The notes beneath the pieces were generated by a model. That model searched no databases. It worked only from the letters and a program-made list of their open reading frames with translations, and was not told the origin of the DNA. Both the position numbers and the translations under genes were made by a program. From positions 10,838 to 74,837 of the forward strand of contig JALUTT010000005.1 of assembly GCA_027021705.1 (NCBI GenBank): a DNA stretch of 64,000 nucleotides, read 5' to 3'. Below, piece by piece: positions 51,276 to 61,356 of the stretch (position 1 is its first letter; every line of letters begins with the position of its first letter). This DNA is from Anaerolineae bacterium (lineage in GTDB: Bacteria > Chloroflexota > Anaerolineae > S140-20).

Positions 51276-54119
51276 ATGAGCGTAACGATAACCATCAATG
51301 GCCGACGGGTGGTCGCCCACGAGGGGCAAACGATCCTAGAGGCTGCCCGCTCGGCAGGCATCCCCATTCCAACCCTGTGCCACCACCCTGATCTGAGCAA
51401 CGTGGGGGCCTGCCGGATGTGCGTCGTGTCGGTCAAGGGGACCCGAGGGCTACAGACGGCGTGCACCACACCGGTCTCCGAAGGTATGGTCGTGGAGACG
51501 GAGAGCGAAGAGGCACGCGAGGCCCGCATCTTCACGCTGACCATGCTCCTTACCGATCACCCCAACGACTGCATGACCTGCGAGGTGAACGGGGAGTGCG
51601 AGCTGCAGGACCTGGTGTACGATTACGGCGTGGCCTGGCCCGAGCACAGCGGGGAGCGCCATACCTACCAGGTGGACCCGGACCCCAATCCCTTCCTCTT
51701 CATTGACCGCAACAAGTGCATCCTCTGTGGCCGCTGCATCCGCGCCTGCCGGGAGATTCAGAACCGAGATGTGTGGGACTTCGCCTACCGAGGTTTCAAG
51801 ACCAAGCTCGTGGCCGGCGCGGACCAGTTCCTGCTGGATGCGGGCTGTGAGAGCTGCGGCCAGTGTGTGGCCTACTGCCCTGTCGGTGCACTGTACGACA
51901 AGATGAGCGTCGGATTGGGGCGGGTGAGCCAGGTGACCCGGGTGCGCACCACCTGCTCCTACTGCGGCGTCGGCTGCAACTTTGACCTCAACGTGCGCGA
52001 TGGGCGCATCGTGCGTGTCACCAGTGCCCCCGACGCTCCGGTGAACGGTATGGCCCTGTGCGTGAAGGGCCGCTATGGCTACGACTACGTACACCACCCC
52101 GACCGATTGACCCGCCCGCTGGTCCGCGCCCGGTGGCTGGACCCGGCTCAGGTCGAAGAGCGGGTGGCCAGCGGCGAGTGGCGCGTGGCGGGAGACGAAT
52201 CCGCCACACCCGACGCCCCCCGAGAGGCGCCCGACCCGGATACCTTCATCGAGACCGACTGGGACACGGCGCTGGACGTGGTGGCCCGTCACTTCACCGA
52301 GACCAAGGCACGCTACGGCAGCGACGCCTTCGCCGTCCTCGCCTCGGCCAAGTGCACCAACGAGGAGAACTACCTCTTCAACAAGTTCACGCGGCAAGTG
52401 CTGGGCACGAACAGCATAGACCACTGCGCTCGGTTATGACACAGCGCCACCGTCGCCGGTCTGGCGACAAGCTTCGGCAGTGGCGCGATGACCAACTCCA
52501 TCCGGGACATTACCGAGGAGAGCCGGTGCATCTTTATCATCGGCAGCAATACGACCGAGCAGCACCCGGTCATCGGGATCAAGGTCCGCCGGGCCAAACG
52601 GTTCCGAGGGGCCAAGCTCATCGTGGCCGACCCGAGGCGCATTGACATCGCCGACTACGCTGACCTCCACCTGCGCCACAAGCCAGGGACGGACATCGCC
52701 CTGCTCAACGGCCTGATGCACGTCATCCTCCGCGAAGGGTGGCACGACCGGGACTTCATCGCCGAGCGGACGGAGGGGTTCGAAGAGCTGGAGACGGTGG
52801 TGAAGAAGTACACGCCGGAGGTGGTGAGCCAGATCACCGGCGTCCCGGCGGAGCAGATCGAGGAAGCGGCCCGGATGCTGGCAGAGAACCGGCCCGCTAC
52901 AGTCCTGTACGCTATGGGGATCACCCAGCACACCGTCGGGGTGGCCAACGTGATGAGCATCGCCAACCTGCAGATGCTGCTGGGCAACATGGGGGTGCCG
53001 GGAGGCGGCGTCAACCCGCTGCGGGGCCAGAACAATGTGCAGGGAGCCTGCGACATGGGCGGCCTGCCCAACGTCTACCCCGGCTACCAGCGGGTGACCG
53101 ATCCCGCCGCGCGGAAGAAGTTCGAGCGAGCCTGGGGGGTTCCCCTCCCGGATCAGGTGGGGCTGACCGTCACGGAGATGCTGAAGGCGGCAGAGACCGG
53201 GCGGGTGCGCTGCTTCTACATCATCGGCGAGGACCCGATGGTCAGCGACCCGGACCTGAACCACGTGCGCCGCGCCCTTCAACGGACAGAGTTCATCGTG
53301 GTGCAGGACCTCTTCTTCACCGAGACCGGTCGCTTCGCCCAAGTGATCCTCCCGGCGGCCAGCTTCGCCGAGAAGGAGGGCACCTTCACCAACACCGAGC
53401 GGCGCGTCCAGCGGGTGCGCAAGGCCATCGAGCCGCCGGGGGAGGCGAAGCCGGACTCCTGGATCATCGCCGAGCTGGCCAAGCGGATGATCGCCCTGGG
53501 GGCGGTCACCCCCCGCGAGGATGCCCCCTACGCGGGCTGGGACTACGCGACGGCGGCTGAGGTGATGGATGAGATCAACCGGCTCACCCCCATCTACGCG
53601 GGCATCACCTACCGGCGGTTGGAGGCGGGAGAGCAACTTCAGTGGCCTGTCCCCAGCGAGGACCATCCGGGCACGCCCATCCTCCACGTGGGCCGGTTCA
53701 GCCGGGGGTTGGGCCGCTTCGCGGCGGTAGAGCACGTGCCGCCCGACGAACTGCCGGACGAGGAGTACCCGCTGGTGCTGACCACAGGCCGTGTCCTCTA
53801 CCACTGGCACGGGGGAGAGATGACCCTGCGGGCTCGCGGTCTGGTGGCCGTCTACCCCGAAGCACTCATCGAGATCAGTCCTCAGGATGCCCGAAGGGCT
53901 CAGATCGAGGACGGTAGCCTGATGAAGGTGGTCTCACGCCGGGGGGAGATTGTCGCCAAGGCCCAGGTGACCGACCGCGTCGCGCCGGGGCTGGTCTTTG
54001 CCACCTTCCACTTCCCGGACTCTGCGGCCAACTTCCTCACCAACCCGGCCCTGGACCCTGTAGCCAAGATCCCCGAGTACAAGGTGTGCGCGGTGCGCGT
54101 GGAACCGCACGGACGTTAA
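51276..54119 (+). CDS. fdhA: Selenocysteine-containing formate dehydrogenase alpha subunit (Sec at TGA 52437-52439)
   Basis: NuoG-like N-terminal Fe-S clusters, [25 protein letters not shown] in frame with 52488-54119 ([16 protein letters not shown]). Confidence 0.93.
52452..52468 (+). promoter_or_regulatory. Bacterial SECIS element of fdhA
   Basis: GTCGCC-GGTCT-GGCGAC stem-loop 12 nt after the TGA, with the GGUCU apex of enterobacterial fdh SECIS. Confidence 0.8.
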
Positions 54120-54147
54120 CGCTTGCCGAAGAACAAGGAGGAGAGCT

Positions 54148-54552
54148 ATGGCAAAGCTCACGACGGTTGAAGGCATCGGAGAGGTCTACGCCCAGAAGCT
54201 GAAGGAGGCGGGCATCGAGACGACGGAGGCCCTGCTGGAGAAGGGGGCAACCCCCCAGGGCCGCCAGGAGATCGCCGAGCAGACGGGCATCAGCAAGACC
54301 CTGATCCTCAAGTGGGTCAACCGTGTAGACCTCTTTCGCGTCAAGGGGATCGGCGAGGAGTACGCCGACCTGCTGGAGGCAGCCGGGGTGGACACGGTGC
54401 CGGAACTGGCCCAGCGGAATCCCGAGAACCTCTACCGGAAGCTGGTGGAGGTGAACGAGGCCAAGAGGCTGGTGCGCCAACTCCCTTCCCAAGCTCAGGT
54501 GGAGGACTGGGTCGAACAGGCGAAGCAACTGCCCCGGGTGATTACCTACTGA
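54148..54552 (+). CDS. DUF4332 helix-hairpin-helix protein
   Basis: VEGIGEVY, WVNRVDLFRVKGIGEEYADLLEAAGVDTVPELAQRNP. Confidence 0.88.
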   Translation: MAKLTTVEGIGEVYAQKLKEAGIETTEALLEKGATPQGRQEIAEQTGISKTLILKWVNRVDLFRVKGIGEEYADLLEAAGVDTVPELAQRNPENLYRKLVEVNEAKRLVRQLPSQAQVEDWVEQAKQLPRVITY

Positions 54553-54558
54553 GGGCGC

Positions 54559-54586
54559 TTGACCTTCCGGCGGAGCGTGGTATAAT
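54559..54586 (+). promoter_or_regulatory. sigma70 promoter of the aspS leader
   Basis: TTGACC-N16-TATAAT with extended -10 TG. Confidence 0.75.
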
Positions 54587-54627
54587 CTTCAACACGGAGC
54601 CGTTGTGAAGCCGGTTGGAGCCTGCAG

Positions 54628-54717
54628 ATGATCGAGAGGGCCTACAGCGCTGGCCGCAAGAACAACGATAATGACGGGGACCGCTCCGGGCGGCCGCCCG
54701 TTCTTGGCCTGCGCTGA
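54628..54717 (+). CDS. Putative Asp/Asn-rich leader peptide (MIERAYSAGRKNNDNDGDRSGRPPVLGLR)
   Basis: GGAG RBS 7 nt before ATG; AAC AAC GAT AAT GAC GGG GAC at 54661-54681; lies between the promoter and aspS. Confidence 0.75.
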   Translation: MIERAYSAGRKNNDNDGDRSGRPPVLGLR

Positions 54718-54745
54718 CGGCCTGAGTCTTGCTCACGACGACACC

Positions 54746-54790
54746 GACGGGGACCGCCCACTGGAACCGAGGGGCGGTCCTCTTCGTTTT
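54746..54790 (+). terminator. Attenuator terminator hairpin upstream of aspS
   Basis: GGGGACCGCCC / GGGCGGTCCTC stem followed by TTCGTTTT. Confidence 0.7.
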
Positions 54791-54981
54791 GACCGCTCGT
54801 CTGGCTACCGGACCGTTGTCACCCTCCCGCAGGTCGCGCGGTGCCCGGCTACAGCAAGGTCCACCGGAGACTGCCTACGACACGCTTCAGGCCGTGGGAA
54901 GGACCTGCGGGAGGGTCTTCGGGCAATAGGTCAGGTAGCAAGACTGCTCGTCACCCTTCAACCCACCGGGGGAGGACAACG

Positions 54982-56745
54982 ATGATGAAGAGCCATACGT
55001 GTGGAGAGCTCCGTCCAGAGCACGCGGGCCAGGCGGTCACCCTGGCCGGCTGGGTCAACCGTCGCCGTGACCACGGCGGGCTGATCTTCATTGACCTGCG
55101 CGACCGCTGGGGGATCACCCAGGTGGTGGCCAACCCCGCCATCGCCCCCCAGGCCCACGCCGTAGCCGAGCAGGTCCGCAACGAGTACGTCATCCAGGTG
55201 CGGGGCACCGTCCAGGTTCGACCCGCCGGCCTGGAGAACCCCGACCTGGAGACGGGAGAGATCGAGGTGGTTGCCCAGGAGATCACCATCCTCAATCCCT
55301 CCAAGACCCCGCCCTTCTACATCAACGAGGACTCGCCGGTCGAGGAGGCGCTGCGCCTCAAGTACCGCTACCTGGACCTGCGCCGGCGGCGGATGCAGCG
55401 CAACCTGATCCTGCGCCACCGGGTGGTCAAGTTCATCCGCGATTTCCTGGATGAGCGGGGCTTCGTCGAGATCGAGACGCCCATCCTCTTCAAGAGCACG
55501 CCCGAGGGGGCGCGGGACTACCTGGTGCCCAGCCGGATCCATCCGGGCAAGTTCTACGCCCTGCCCCAGTCCCCCCAGCAGTTGAAGCAGCTCCTGATGG
55601 TCGCCGGCTACGAGCGCTACTTCCAGATCGCCCGCTGCTTCCGCGACGAAGACCTGCGGGGTGACCGCCAGCCGGAGCACACCCAGTTGGACCTGGAGAT
55701 GAGCTTCGTCGAGCAGGAGGACATCCTGAACCTGATGGAGGAGCTCTTCACCGCCCTGGTGGCCGCCGTGACCCCCCACAAGCGGGTCCTCTCCCCCTTC
55801 CCCCGCCTCACCTACGACGAGGCGATGGCCCGCTTCGGCACCGACAAGCCCGACCTGCGCTACGGGATGGAGCTCTCGGACCTCTCCGACCTGGTGGCGG
55901 AGAGCGGCTTCCGCGTCTTTGCCCAGGCGGTGGCCGGGGGCGGCCAGGTGAAGGCCATCGTCGCGCCGGGCTGCGCGGGCTACAGCCGGCGTCAGATTGA
56001 GGAGCTGACCCACCTGGTCCAGGAGCAGGGAGCGAAGGGGCTGGCCACCATAGCCTTGCTGGAAGGGGGGAAGGTCCGCTCCCCCATCGCCAAGTTCCTG
56101 GGCGAGGGGACGGTGCAGGCCATCGTGGAGCGGACGGAGGCGGGGGAGGGGGACCTGATCCTGATGGTCGCCGACGAGCCCAAGGTCGTTGCTCGGGCGC
56201 TGGACACGCTGCGCCGGGAGATGGCCCGCCGTCTCTCCCTGGCCGACCCCGACCTGCTGGCCTTCGCCTTCATCGTGGACTTTCCCCTCTTCAAGTGGGA
56301 CGAGGAGGCGGGGCGGTGGGACGCCGAACATCACCCCTTCACGATGCCCAAAGAGGAGGACCTGCCCTTGCTGGAGACGGACCCGGGGGCGGTGCGGGCC
56401 AACTGCTACGATATGGTCTGCAACGGCTACGAACTGGCCTCCGGCTCCATCCGAATCCACCGCCGCGACATCCAGGAGAAGATCTTCCGGCTGCTCAACT
56501 ACACGCCGGAGGAGGCCCAGGCTCGTTTCGGTCACCTGCTGACCGCCTTTGAGTACGGGGCGCCGCCCCACGGCGGCATCGCCCCCGGCATTGACCGGCT
56601 GGTGATGCTCCTGGCCGACGAGCCCAACATCCGGGAGGTGATGGCCTTCCCCAAGACCCAGCAGGCGATGGACCTGATGGCCGGTGCCCCCTCGCCGGTG
56701 ACGCCGGAGCAATTGGCGGAGCTGCACCTGCAAGTTGTGCTCTGA
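54982..56745 (+). CDS. aspS: Aspartate--tRNA(Asp/Asn) ligase, likely non-discriminating
   Basis: [15 protein letters not shown] (His as in non-discriminating enzymes), [34 protein letters not shown]. Confidence 0.96.
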   Translation: MMKSHTCGELRPEHAGQAVTLAGWVNRRRDHGGLIFIDLRDRWGITQVVANPAIAPQAHAVAEQVRNEYVIQVRGTVQVRPAGLENPDLETGEIEVVAQEITILNPSKTPPFYINEDSPVEEALRLKYRYLDLRRRRMQRNLILRHRVVKFIRDFLDERGFVEIETPILFKSTPEGARDYLVPSRIHPGKFYALPQSPQQLKQLLMVAGYERYFQIARCFRDEDLRGDRQPEHTQLDLEMSFVEQEDILNLMEELFTALVAAVTPHKRVLSPFPRLTYDEAMARFGTDKPDLRYGMELSDLSDLVAESGFRVFAQAVAGGGQVKAIVAPGCAGYSRRQIEELTHLVQEQGAKGLATIALLEGGKVRSPIAKFLGEGTVQAIVERTEAGEGDLILMVADEPKVVARALDTLRREMARRLSLADPDLLAFAFIVDFPLFKWDEEAGRWDAEHHPFTMPKEEDLPLLETDPGAVRANCYDMVCNGYELASGSIRIHRRDIQEKIFRLLNYTPEEAQARFGHLLTAFEYGAPPHGGIAPGIDRLVMLLADEPNIREVMAFPKTQQAMDLMAGAPSPVTPEQLAELHLQVVL

Positions 56746-57554
56746 GGGGGTAGGGGGTAGGGCAATCGCCCTGACATAGCGGTAGGAGCGCCCCCCCCTG
56801 CATCCTCACCCCAATAGTCACCGGCCACGCTCGGTTCAAAAGCCCTGCCGGCGCGAACAGCCCTTGGGTCGAGACACCCAAAGCCTGCCAGACTCCGGGA
56901 GTCCGAGGCAGTCAGCCCAACGCTTCTTCCCGTTAACCGGAGTCCCCATCCGCCCAACCCGCCTCAGAGCAATTCCACTTGTCTATTCGTTCACCAGAAA
57001 CCGGTCGAGGAGGCCCGCCCGGGCGCCGATAGGGCGCCCGGGCGGGCGTCCATACCCTCGCCCCCCCTCCCGCCTGGTTGGGGAATCGGACAACGAATGG
57101 GAAACGAATGAACGAATCGGCAGGCCGGCAAGTCACGAGGGCATTCGCTCATTCGCCCCCATTCGTCGCTTGGCCCGTTGCCCGGCCCGCTGACCAGGGG
57201 GAACCACCCATAGTGGCCGCTCGGTCGCTTGGTCGTTTGGTCAGGCGGTCACGTGGTTGGGTGGTCGAGTGGCCGCCCGGCCCCTAGTCTTCGTCCCTTG
57301 CCCCTCACTGTCCCGGCCCTCGGTGCCTTCTTCGGTCGGCGGTTGGATGAAGCCCTCATCCGCCCCATCCGTCCTGGAGCAAACCCATTCGTTGACCGGA
57401 AACCGGTCGAGGGAACCCACCCAGACGCCGATGCCCCTCACCCACCCAACCCGCCGGTCGCTCGGCGATTCAACAACTTTTGGTCACGCTCGGATCGTTT
57501 CGAACGGATACTGGGCAACCGAGGTGGCAAACGCGGGTTTAGCTTCTCTGGCTC

Positions 57555-57775
57555 TTGGCCCAGATTGACCACGGCACCGTGGCGCCGGTGTTCATCCTCA
57601 ACCGCCTCTCGGCCTCCCGCCCCCTCTACCGACCGGCCGACCGACTGGCTCAGGCAGTGCCGATCTACATGCTGGGCCTCCCGGCCGAAAAGTTCAACGA
57701 CAACCGGTTGGCGCGGACTCTGGAGGCCATCGCCCCCCACGCCGAGGCCGTCGGGCAGGAGGTGGTCCAGGGAAT
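57555..57775 (+). pseudogene. IS1634-family transposase N-terminal fragment
   Basis: ILNRLSASRPLY...LGLPAEKFNDNRLARTLEAI resembles the DUF4277 region; truncated. Confidence 0.65.
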
Positions 57776-57798
57776 GCGGACTATGGACCACCCGACCA

Positions 57799-60456
57799 CT
57801 AGACCAGGTGGATCGGCAGGGTGAAGGCGAAGGTGGCTCCGCCGCCTGGGCTTTCTTCGACCCAGATGCGCCCTCCATGGGCCTCGACGAACCCCTTGCA
57901 GATGGCCAGTCCCAAGCCCGCGCCGGAGGCCCGCACCCCGGGAGCCCGGTAGAAGCGGTCGAAGATGCGCTTCCGATGCTCCGGCCGCACCCCCGGCCCC
58001 CGGTCGGCCACCCGCACCAGGACCTGACCGTCGGCGATGCCGGCGGTCACCTGGATGGGCGTGCCCGGCGGTGTGTGCTTGACGGCGTTCTCCAGCAGGT
58101 TGTGCAACACCACCTCGATGCGGGCCGCGTCCACGTTCACCGGCGGCAGGTGGGGCGGCACCTCCACCCGCACCGGATGGTCGTCAAAGTCCACATCCCG
58201 CACGGCCCGCTCCAGGAGGTCGCTCAGGAGGATGGCGTCCTGGCGCAGGGTCAACGTGCCGGCCTCCAGCCGGGAGAGGTCCAGCAGGTTGGTCACCAGC
58301 CGCTGCAGCCGGTCCGCCTCCTGGTTGACGATCTCCAGGAACTCCCGCTGGGTGGCCGGATCCCACTCCACGTCGTCGGCCAGCAGCGAGGTGACGTAGC
58401 CTTTGATGGCGGCCAGAGGGGTGCGCAGCTCGTGGGAGACGGCGGAGAGGAGGGCCGACTTGGCCCGGTCCAGCCGCTTCTCCGCCGTGATGTCTCGCAG
58501 GATGTGGACCCGCCCCACCGGCGTTCCGTCCTCCTCCCGCACGACGACGCTGAGGAGGCGCAGGTCGCGCTTCTCGCCGCCCACCTCGACGACGACCTCC
58601 AGGGGCTCGTAGGGCGAGGCGCCCGTGGGGACGTGGGAGGCCCCCAGGCAGCGGCGGAGCAGGAGGTCGGCCGGCTGCCCAACGGCCCGGCGCACGTCGC
58701 AGCTCAAGAAGCGCCCGGCCTGCCGGTTGATGTAGAGGATCTTCCCCTCCAGGCTCTCCAGGATGAGCCCGTCGTGGACGCTCTGGATGACGGCCTCCAG
58801 CCGCAGCGTCTGGAGGTAGCGCAGGTGGTCGCTCTGGGCGTAGAGGACAGCGTGCTCCAGGGCCATAGCCGCGTGGTGGGCGAAGTGGAGGGCCAGTTCG
58901 ATCTCCTCCTCGCTGAAGCGGTGGGGGCGGGTGTGGTAGAGGACGAGGGCGGCCGGCGGCGCTTCCCGGGTGAGGAGGGGGATGGCCAGGAGGGCGCGAT
59001 ACCCTTCCTGCCGGGCCCGCCGGCGCAGGGCGGCGGAGACGGGGGCCTTCTCCACGTCGGCGACCTGGACAGGACGCCGCTCCCGCAGGGCCTGCATCGT
59101 CGGGGAGCGTTCGTCGTCGGGCTGGAGCTGCACGCGGGCGGCGTAGCCGGGGCTCAGCCCCCGGGTCGCCTGCACCCGGTAAATCCGCGCCTGGGGGTCG
59201 TAGACGAAGAGGGAGCAGATGCGCACGTCCAGCAGGCGCTGCACCTGCTCCAAGATGGTGTCAATCACCTGCCGGGCCTCCAGGGTGGAGAGGACGGCCC
59301 GGCTCGTCTCCAGCAGCGTCGCCAGCTCCTGGAAGCGGCGCTCCAGGTCGGCCTGCATCAGGCGCATCGAGCGGGTCAGGTGGCCGATCTGGTCGGCGCG
59401 GCGGGCCAGCAGCTTCACCTCGTCGGGAGGGGCACCGATGTAGCGGCGTCGCCCCAGCCCCCGGCTGTAGGTGGCCAACTGCTCCAAGGGGGTGAGGACC
59501 GAGCGGGAGAGGAAGGTCCAGAAGGCGGCTCCGCCCAGGGGGAAGAGGAGCATGGCCAGCAGCCAGCCCTGGCGAAAGGCCTGCAGGGTGGCCATCGCCT
59601 GGTCGGCCGGCCGGCGCACCATCACCACCCATCCCGACTCGGGCAGCCGGGCGTAGGTGTAGAGCCAGGCCCGCTGGCCGGGGGCGTCGCTGAAGACGGC
59701 CCAGAAGGGCTCGCCGGAGGGGGCCTCGCTCCCCGGCCAGGTCGGCAGGCTGTAGGTCTTGTCCAGCAGCCGATCCGTGTCGGCATCGGCGATGAGCTGG
59801 CCGGTGTGGTCGAAGATGGAGAGGCTGACGTTGTGGCCCCGGGTGGCCTGGTCGCGGACGATGGCCTGCAGGGCTTCGCTCAGCCGCTCCAGGGCCAGGT
59901 TCATCGCCACCAGGCCCCGGAAGCGGCCGGCCTCATCCCGCAGGGGCATGGCCGCCGTGACGACGGGCTTGCCGGTGGTGGGGGAGATGCGCCCCTTGGA
60001 GAGGACCGGCCGGTCGGTCCGCAGGGCCGCTTGGAAGTAGTCTCGGAAGCTGAAGTTCCAGCCCAGGGTGCTGCCCGGCCCCTCGGGGTAGTGGTAGAGC
60101 ATCGTGCCGTCGGCGTCCAGGAGGTAGACCAGCACCAGGTCCTGGCGGGCTTCCATAGCCGTGCGGAAGAGGGCCCGCATGCCCGCCGGGTCTCGCGCTT
60201 GCACGGCCGGGGCCTCCGCCAGCGCAGCGATGGCCTGCCGGGCCAGGTGGAGGGAGGTTTCCGTCTCCAGGGCCAGGGATTGGACCAGCGCTTTGTCGGC
60301 CGCCCCCACGTCGGCCACCAGGCGGACCTCAGCCCGCCGGATGAAGACCCACGCCACCACCAGCACCAGCCCCACCACCAGCAGGTAGATGGAGAGCAGG
60401 GGGATGCGCAGATCCCGCCGCCAGTGGGCGGTGAGGCGATCCAGTCGTGAAGCCAT
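57799..60456 (-). CDS. Sensor histidine kinase (Cache, HAMP, GAF, PAS, HisKA, HATPase)
   Basis: Two TMs, FSFRDYFQ..ISPTTGKPVVTAAMP Cache motif, SHELRTPL, NLLENAVKH, GAGLGL. Confidence 0.9.
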   Translation of the reverse strand: MASRLDRLTAHWRRDLRIPLLSIYLLVVGLVLVVAWVFIRRAEVRLVADVGAADKALVQSLALETETSLHLARQAIAALAEAPAVQARDPAGMRALFRTAMEARQDLVLVYLLDADGTMLYHYPEGPGSTLGWNFSFRDYFQAALRTDRPVLSKGRISPTTGKPVVTAAMPLRDEAGRFRGLVAMNLALERLSEALQAIVRDQATRGHNVSLSIFDHTGQLIADADTDRLLDKTYSLPTWPGSEAPSGEPFWAVFSDAPGQRAWLYTYARLPESGWVVMVRRPADQAMATLQAFRQGWLLAMLLFPLGGAAFWTFLSRSVLTPLEQLATYSRGLGRRRYIGAPPDEVKLLARRADQIGHLTRSMRLMQADLERRFQELATLLETSRAVLSTLEARQVIDTILEQVQRLLDVRICSLFVYDPQARIYRVQATRGLSPGYAARVQLQPDDERSPTMQALRERRPVQVADVEKAPVSAALRRRARQEGYRALLAIPLLTREAPPAALVLYHTRPHRFSEEEIELALHFAHHAAMALEHAVLYAQSDHLRYLQTLRLEAVIQSVHDGLILESLEGKILYINRQAGRFLSCDVRRAVGQPADLLLRRCLGASHVPTGASPYEPLEVVVEVGGEKRDLRLLSVVVREEDGTPVGRVHILRDITAEKRLDRAKSALLSAVSHELRTPLAAIKGYVTSLLADDVEWDPATQREFLEIVNQEADRLQRLVTNLLDLSRLEAGTLTLRQDAILLSDLLERAVRDVDFDDHPVRVEVPPHLPPVNVDAARIEVVLHNLLENAVKHTPPGTPIQVTAGIADGQVLVRVADRGPGVRPEHRKRIFDRFYRAPGVRASGAGLGLAICKGFVEAHGGRIWVEESPGGGATFAFTLPIHLV

Positions 60457-60526
60457 AGGAGTCTCCCATCCCCGGTCAACGAATGCTGAACGAATAAACG
60501 AATGGGGTTACGCGGCACGGTTCTAG

Positions 60527-61074
60527 GGCGAGAGACACGAAGGACACCAAGAGCTCAAAGGACACAAAGCGGTACGGAAGTCTGGACAAATCCTCTTGGG
60601 AGCACCAGCCCCCCATCCGTTCCAAATCCGTTCAATCCGTTCCCCAATCCGCTGACAGCTATCCGTTCCAAATCCGCTCAATCCGTTCCCAATCCGTTGA
60701 CAGCTTGTCCGCTCCGGCCACGGCGAGAGACACGAAGGACACCAAGAGCTCAAAGAGCACAAAGCGGTACGAAAATCTGGACAAGCCCTCTTGGGGGCAC
60801 CAGCCCCCCATCCGTTCCAAATCCGTTCAATCCGTTCCTCAAATCCGTTGACAGCTTGTCCGCTCCGGCCACGGCGAGAGACACGAAGGGCACCAAGAGC
60901 TCAAAGGACACAAAGCGGTACGAAAGTCTGGACAAGCCCTCTTGGGAGCACCAGCCCCCCATCCGTTCCAAATCCGTTCAATCCGTTCCTCAAATCCGTT
61001 GACAGCTATCCGCTCCGGCCACGGCGAGAGACACGAAGGACACCAAGAGCTCAAAGGACACGAAGCGGTACGAA
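60527..61074. repeat. Tandem array of ~150-bp units (three full, one partial)
   Basis: Units start GGCGAGAGACACGAAGG at 60527, 60722, 60873 and 61023; the first carries a ~44-bp internal duplication. Confidence 0.9.
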
Positions 61075-61089
61075 GAGAAGCGCTCCGGC

Positions 61090-61242
61090 GGTGATTACCC
61101 ATATCTTTGGAGATAGGGAGACTGGCCGTCCACGAATGGGGCACGAATACACGAATTGAGGACCGCCTCATTCGTGCATTTGTGAGAAATTCGTGGACGG
61201 CCTGCTACGGACCACTCTCCCGCCCACTTATGGGTCATCACC
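61090..61242. mobile_element. ~150 bp MITE-like element, copy 2 (inverted relative to 7900-8049)
   Basis: GGTGATTACC...GGTCATCACC ends; aligns end to end with the reverse complement of 7900-8049. Confidence 0.7.
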
Positions 61243-61256
61243 GCAGCTATCCGCCC

Positions 61257-61285
61257 TTGAATCCCACACCCGTTAATGGTACAAT
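61257..61285 (+). promoter_or_regulatory. sigma70-type promoter
   Basis: TTGAAT-N17-TACAAT with extended -10 TG. Confidence 0.55.
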
Positions 61286-61356
61286 GTTAAGCCCTATCGG
61301 TCAATGGGGAAAGCGCGTTGTGCGCCCGGAGTTGGCTTGAGCGAGGACGGCATCCG

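Noticed and set aside
52437..52439. Pseudogene interpretation of the in-frame TGA codons (also 35725 and 40605)
   Set aside because: All three fall at catalytic Cys-equivalent positions with intact downstream frames and hairpins
54600..54980. T-box riboswitch or tmRNA upstream of aspS
   Set aside because: No GGTGGNACCGCG core and no tRNA-like ends; the leader-peptide model explains the structure better
56760..56950. 6S RNA downstream of aspS
   Set aside because: Contains TTGAACC on the minus strand, but I could not find the long closing stem; not supportable without a covariance search
57517..57537. T-box-like sequence AACCGAGGTGGCAAACGCGGG
   Set aside because: Extra base in the core, no recognisable stem I or terminator, downstream of aspS and in front of a transposase fragment
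57229..60450. 1073-aa plus-strand ORF, and similar long ORFs such as 25664-28093, 32669-34855, 41432-45772 and 54958-56733 on the minus strand
   Set aside because: Antisense shadows of clear genes, expected in high-GC DNA
60527..61074. Possible CRISPR array
   Set aside because: Whole units repeat with no unique spacers, and no cas genes are in the window
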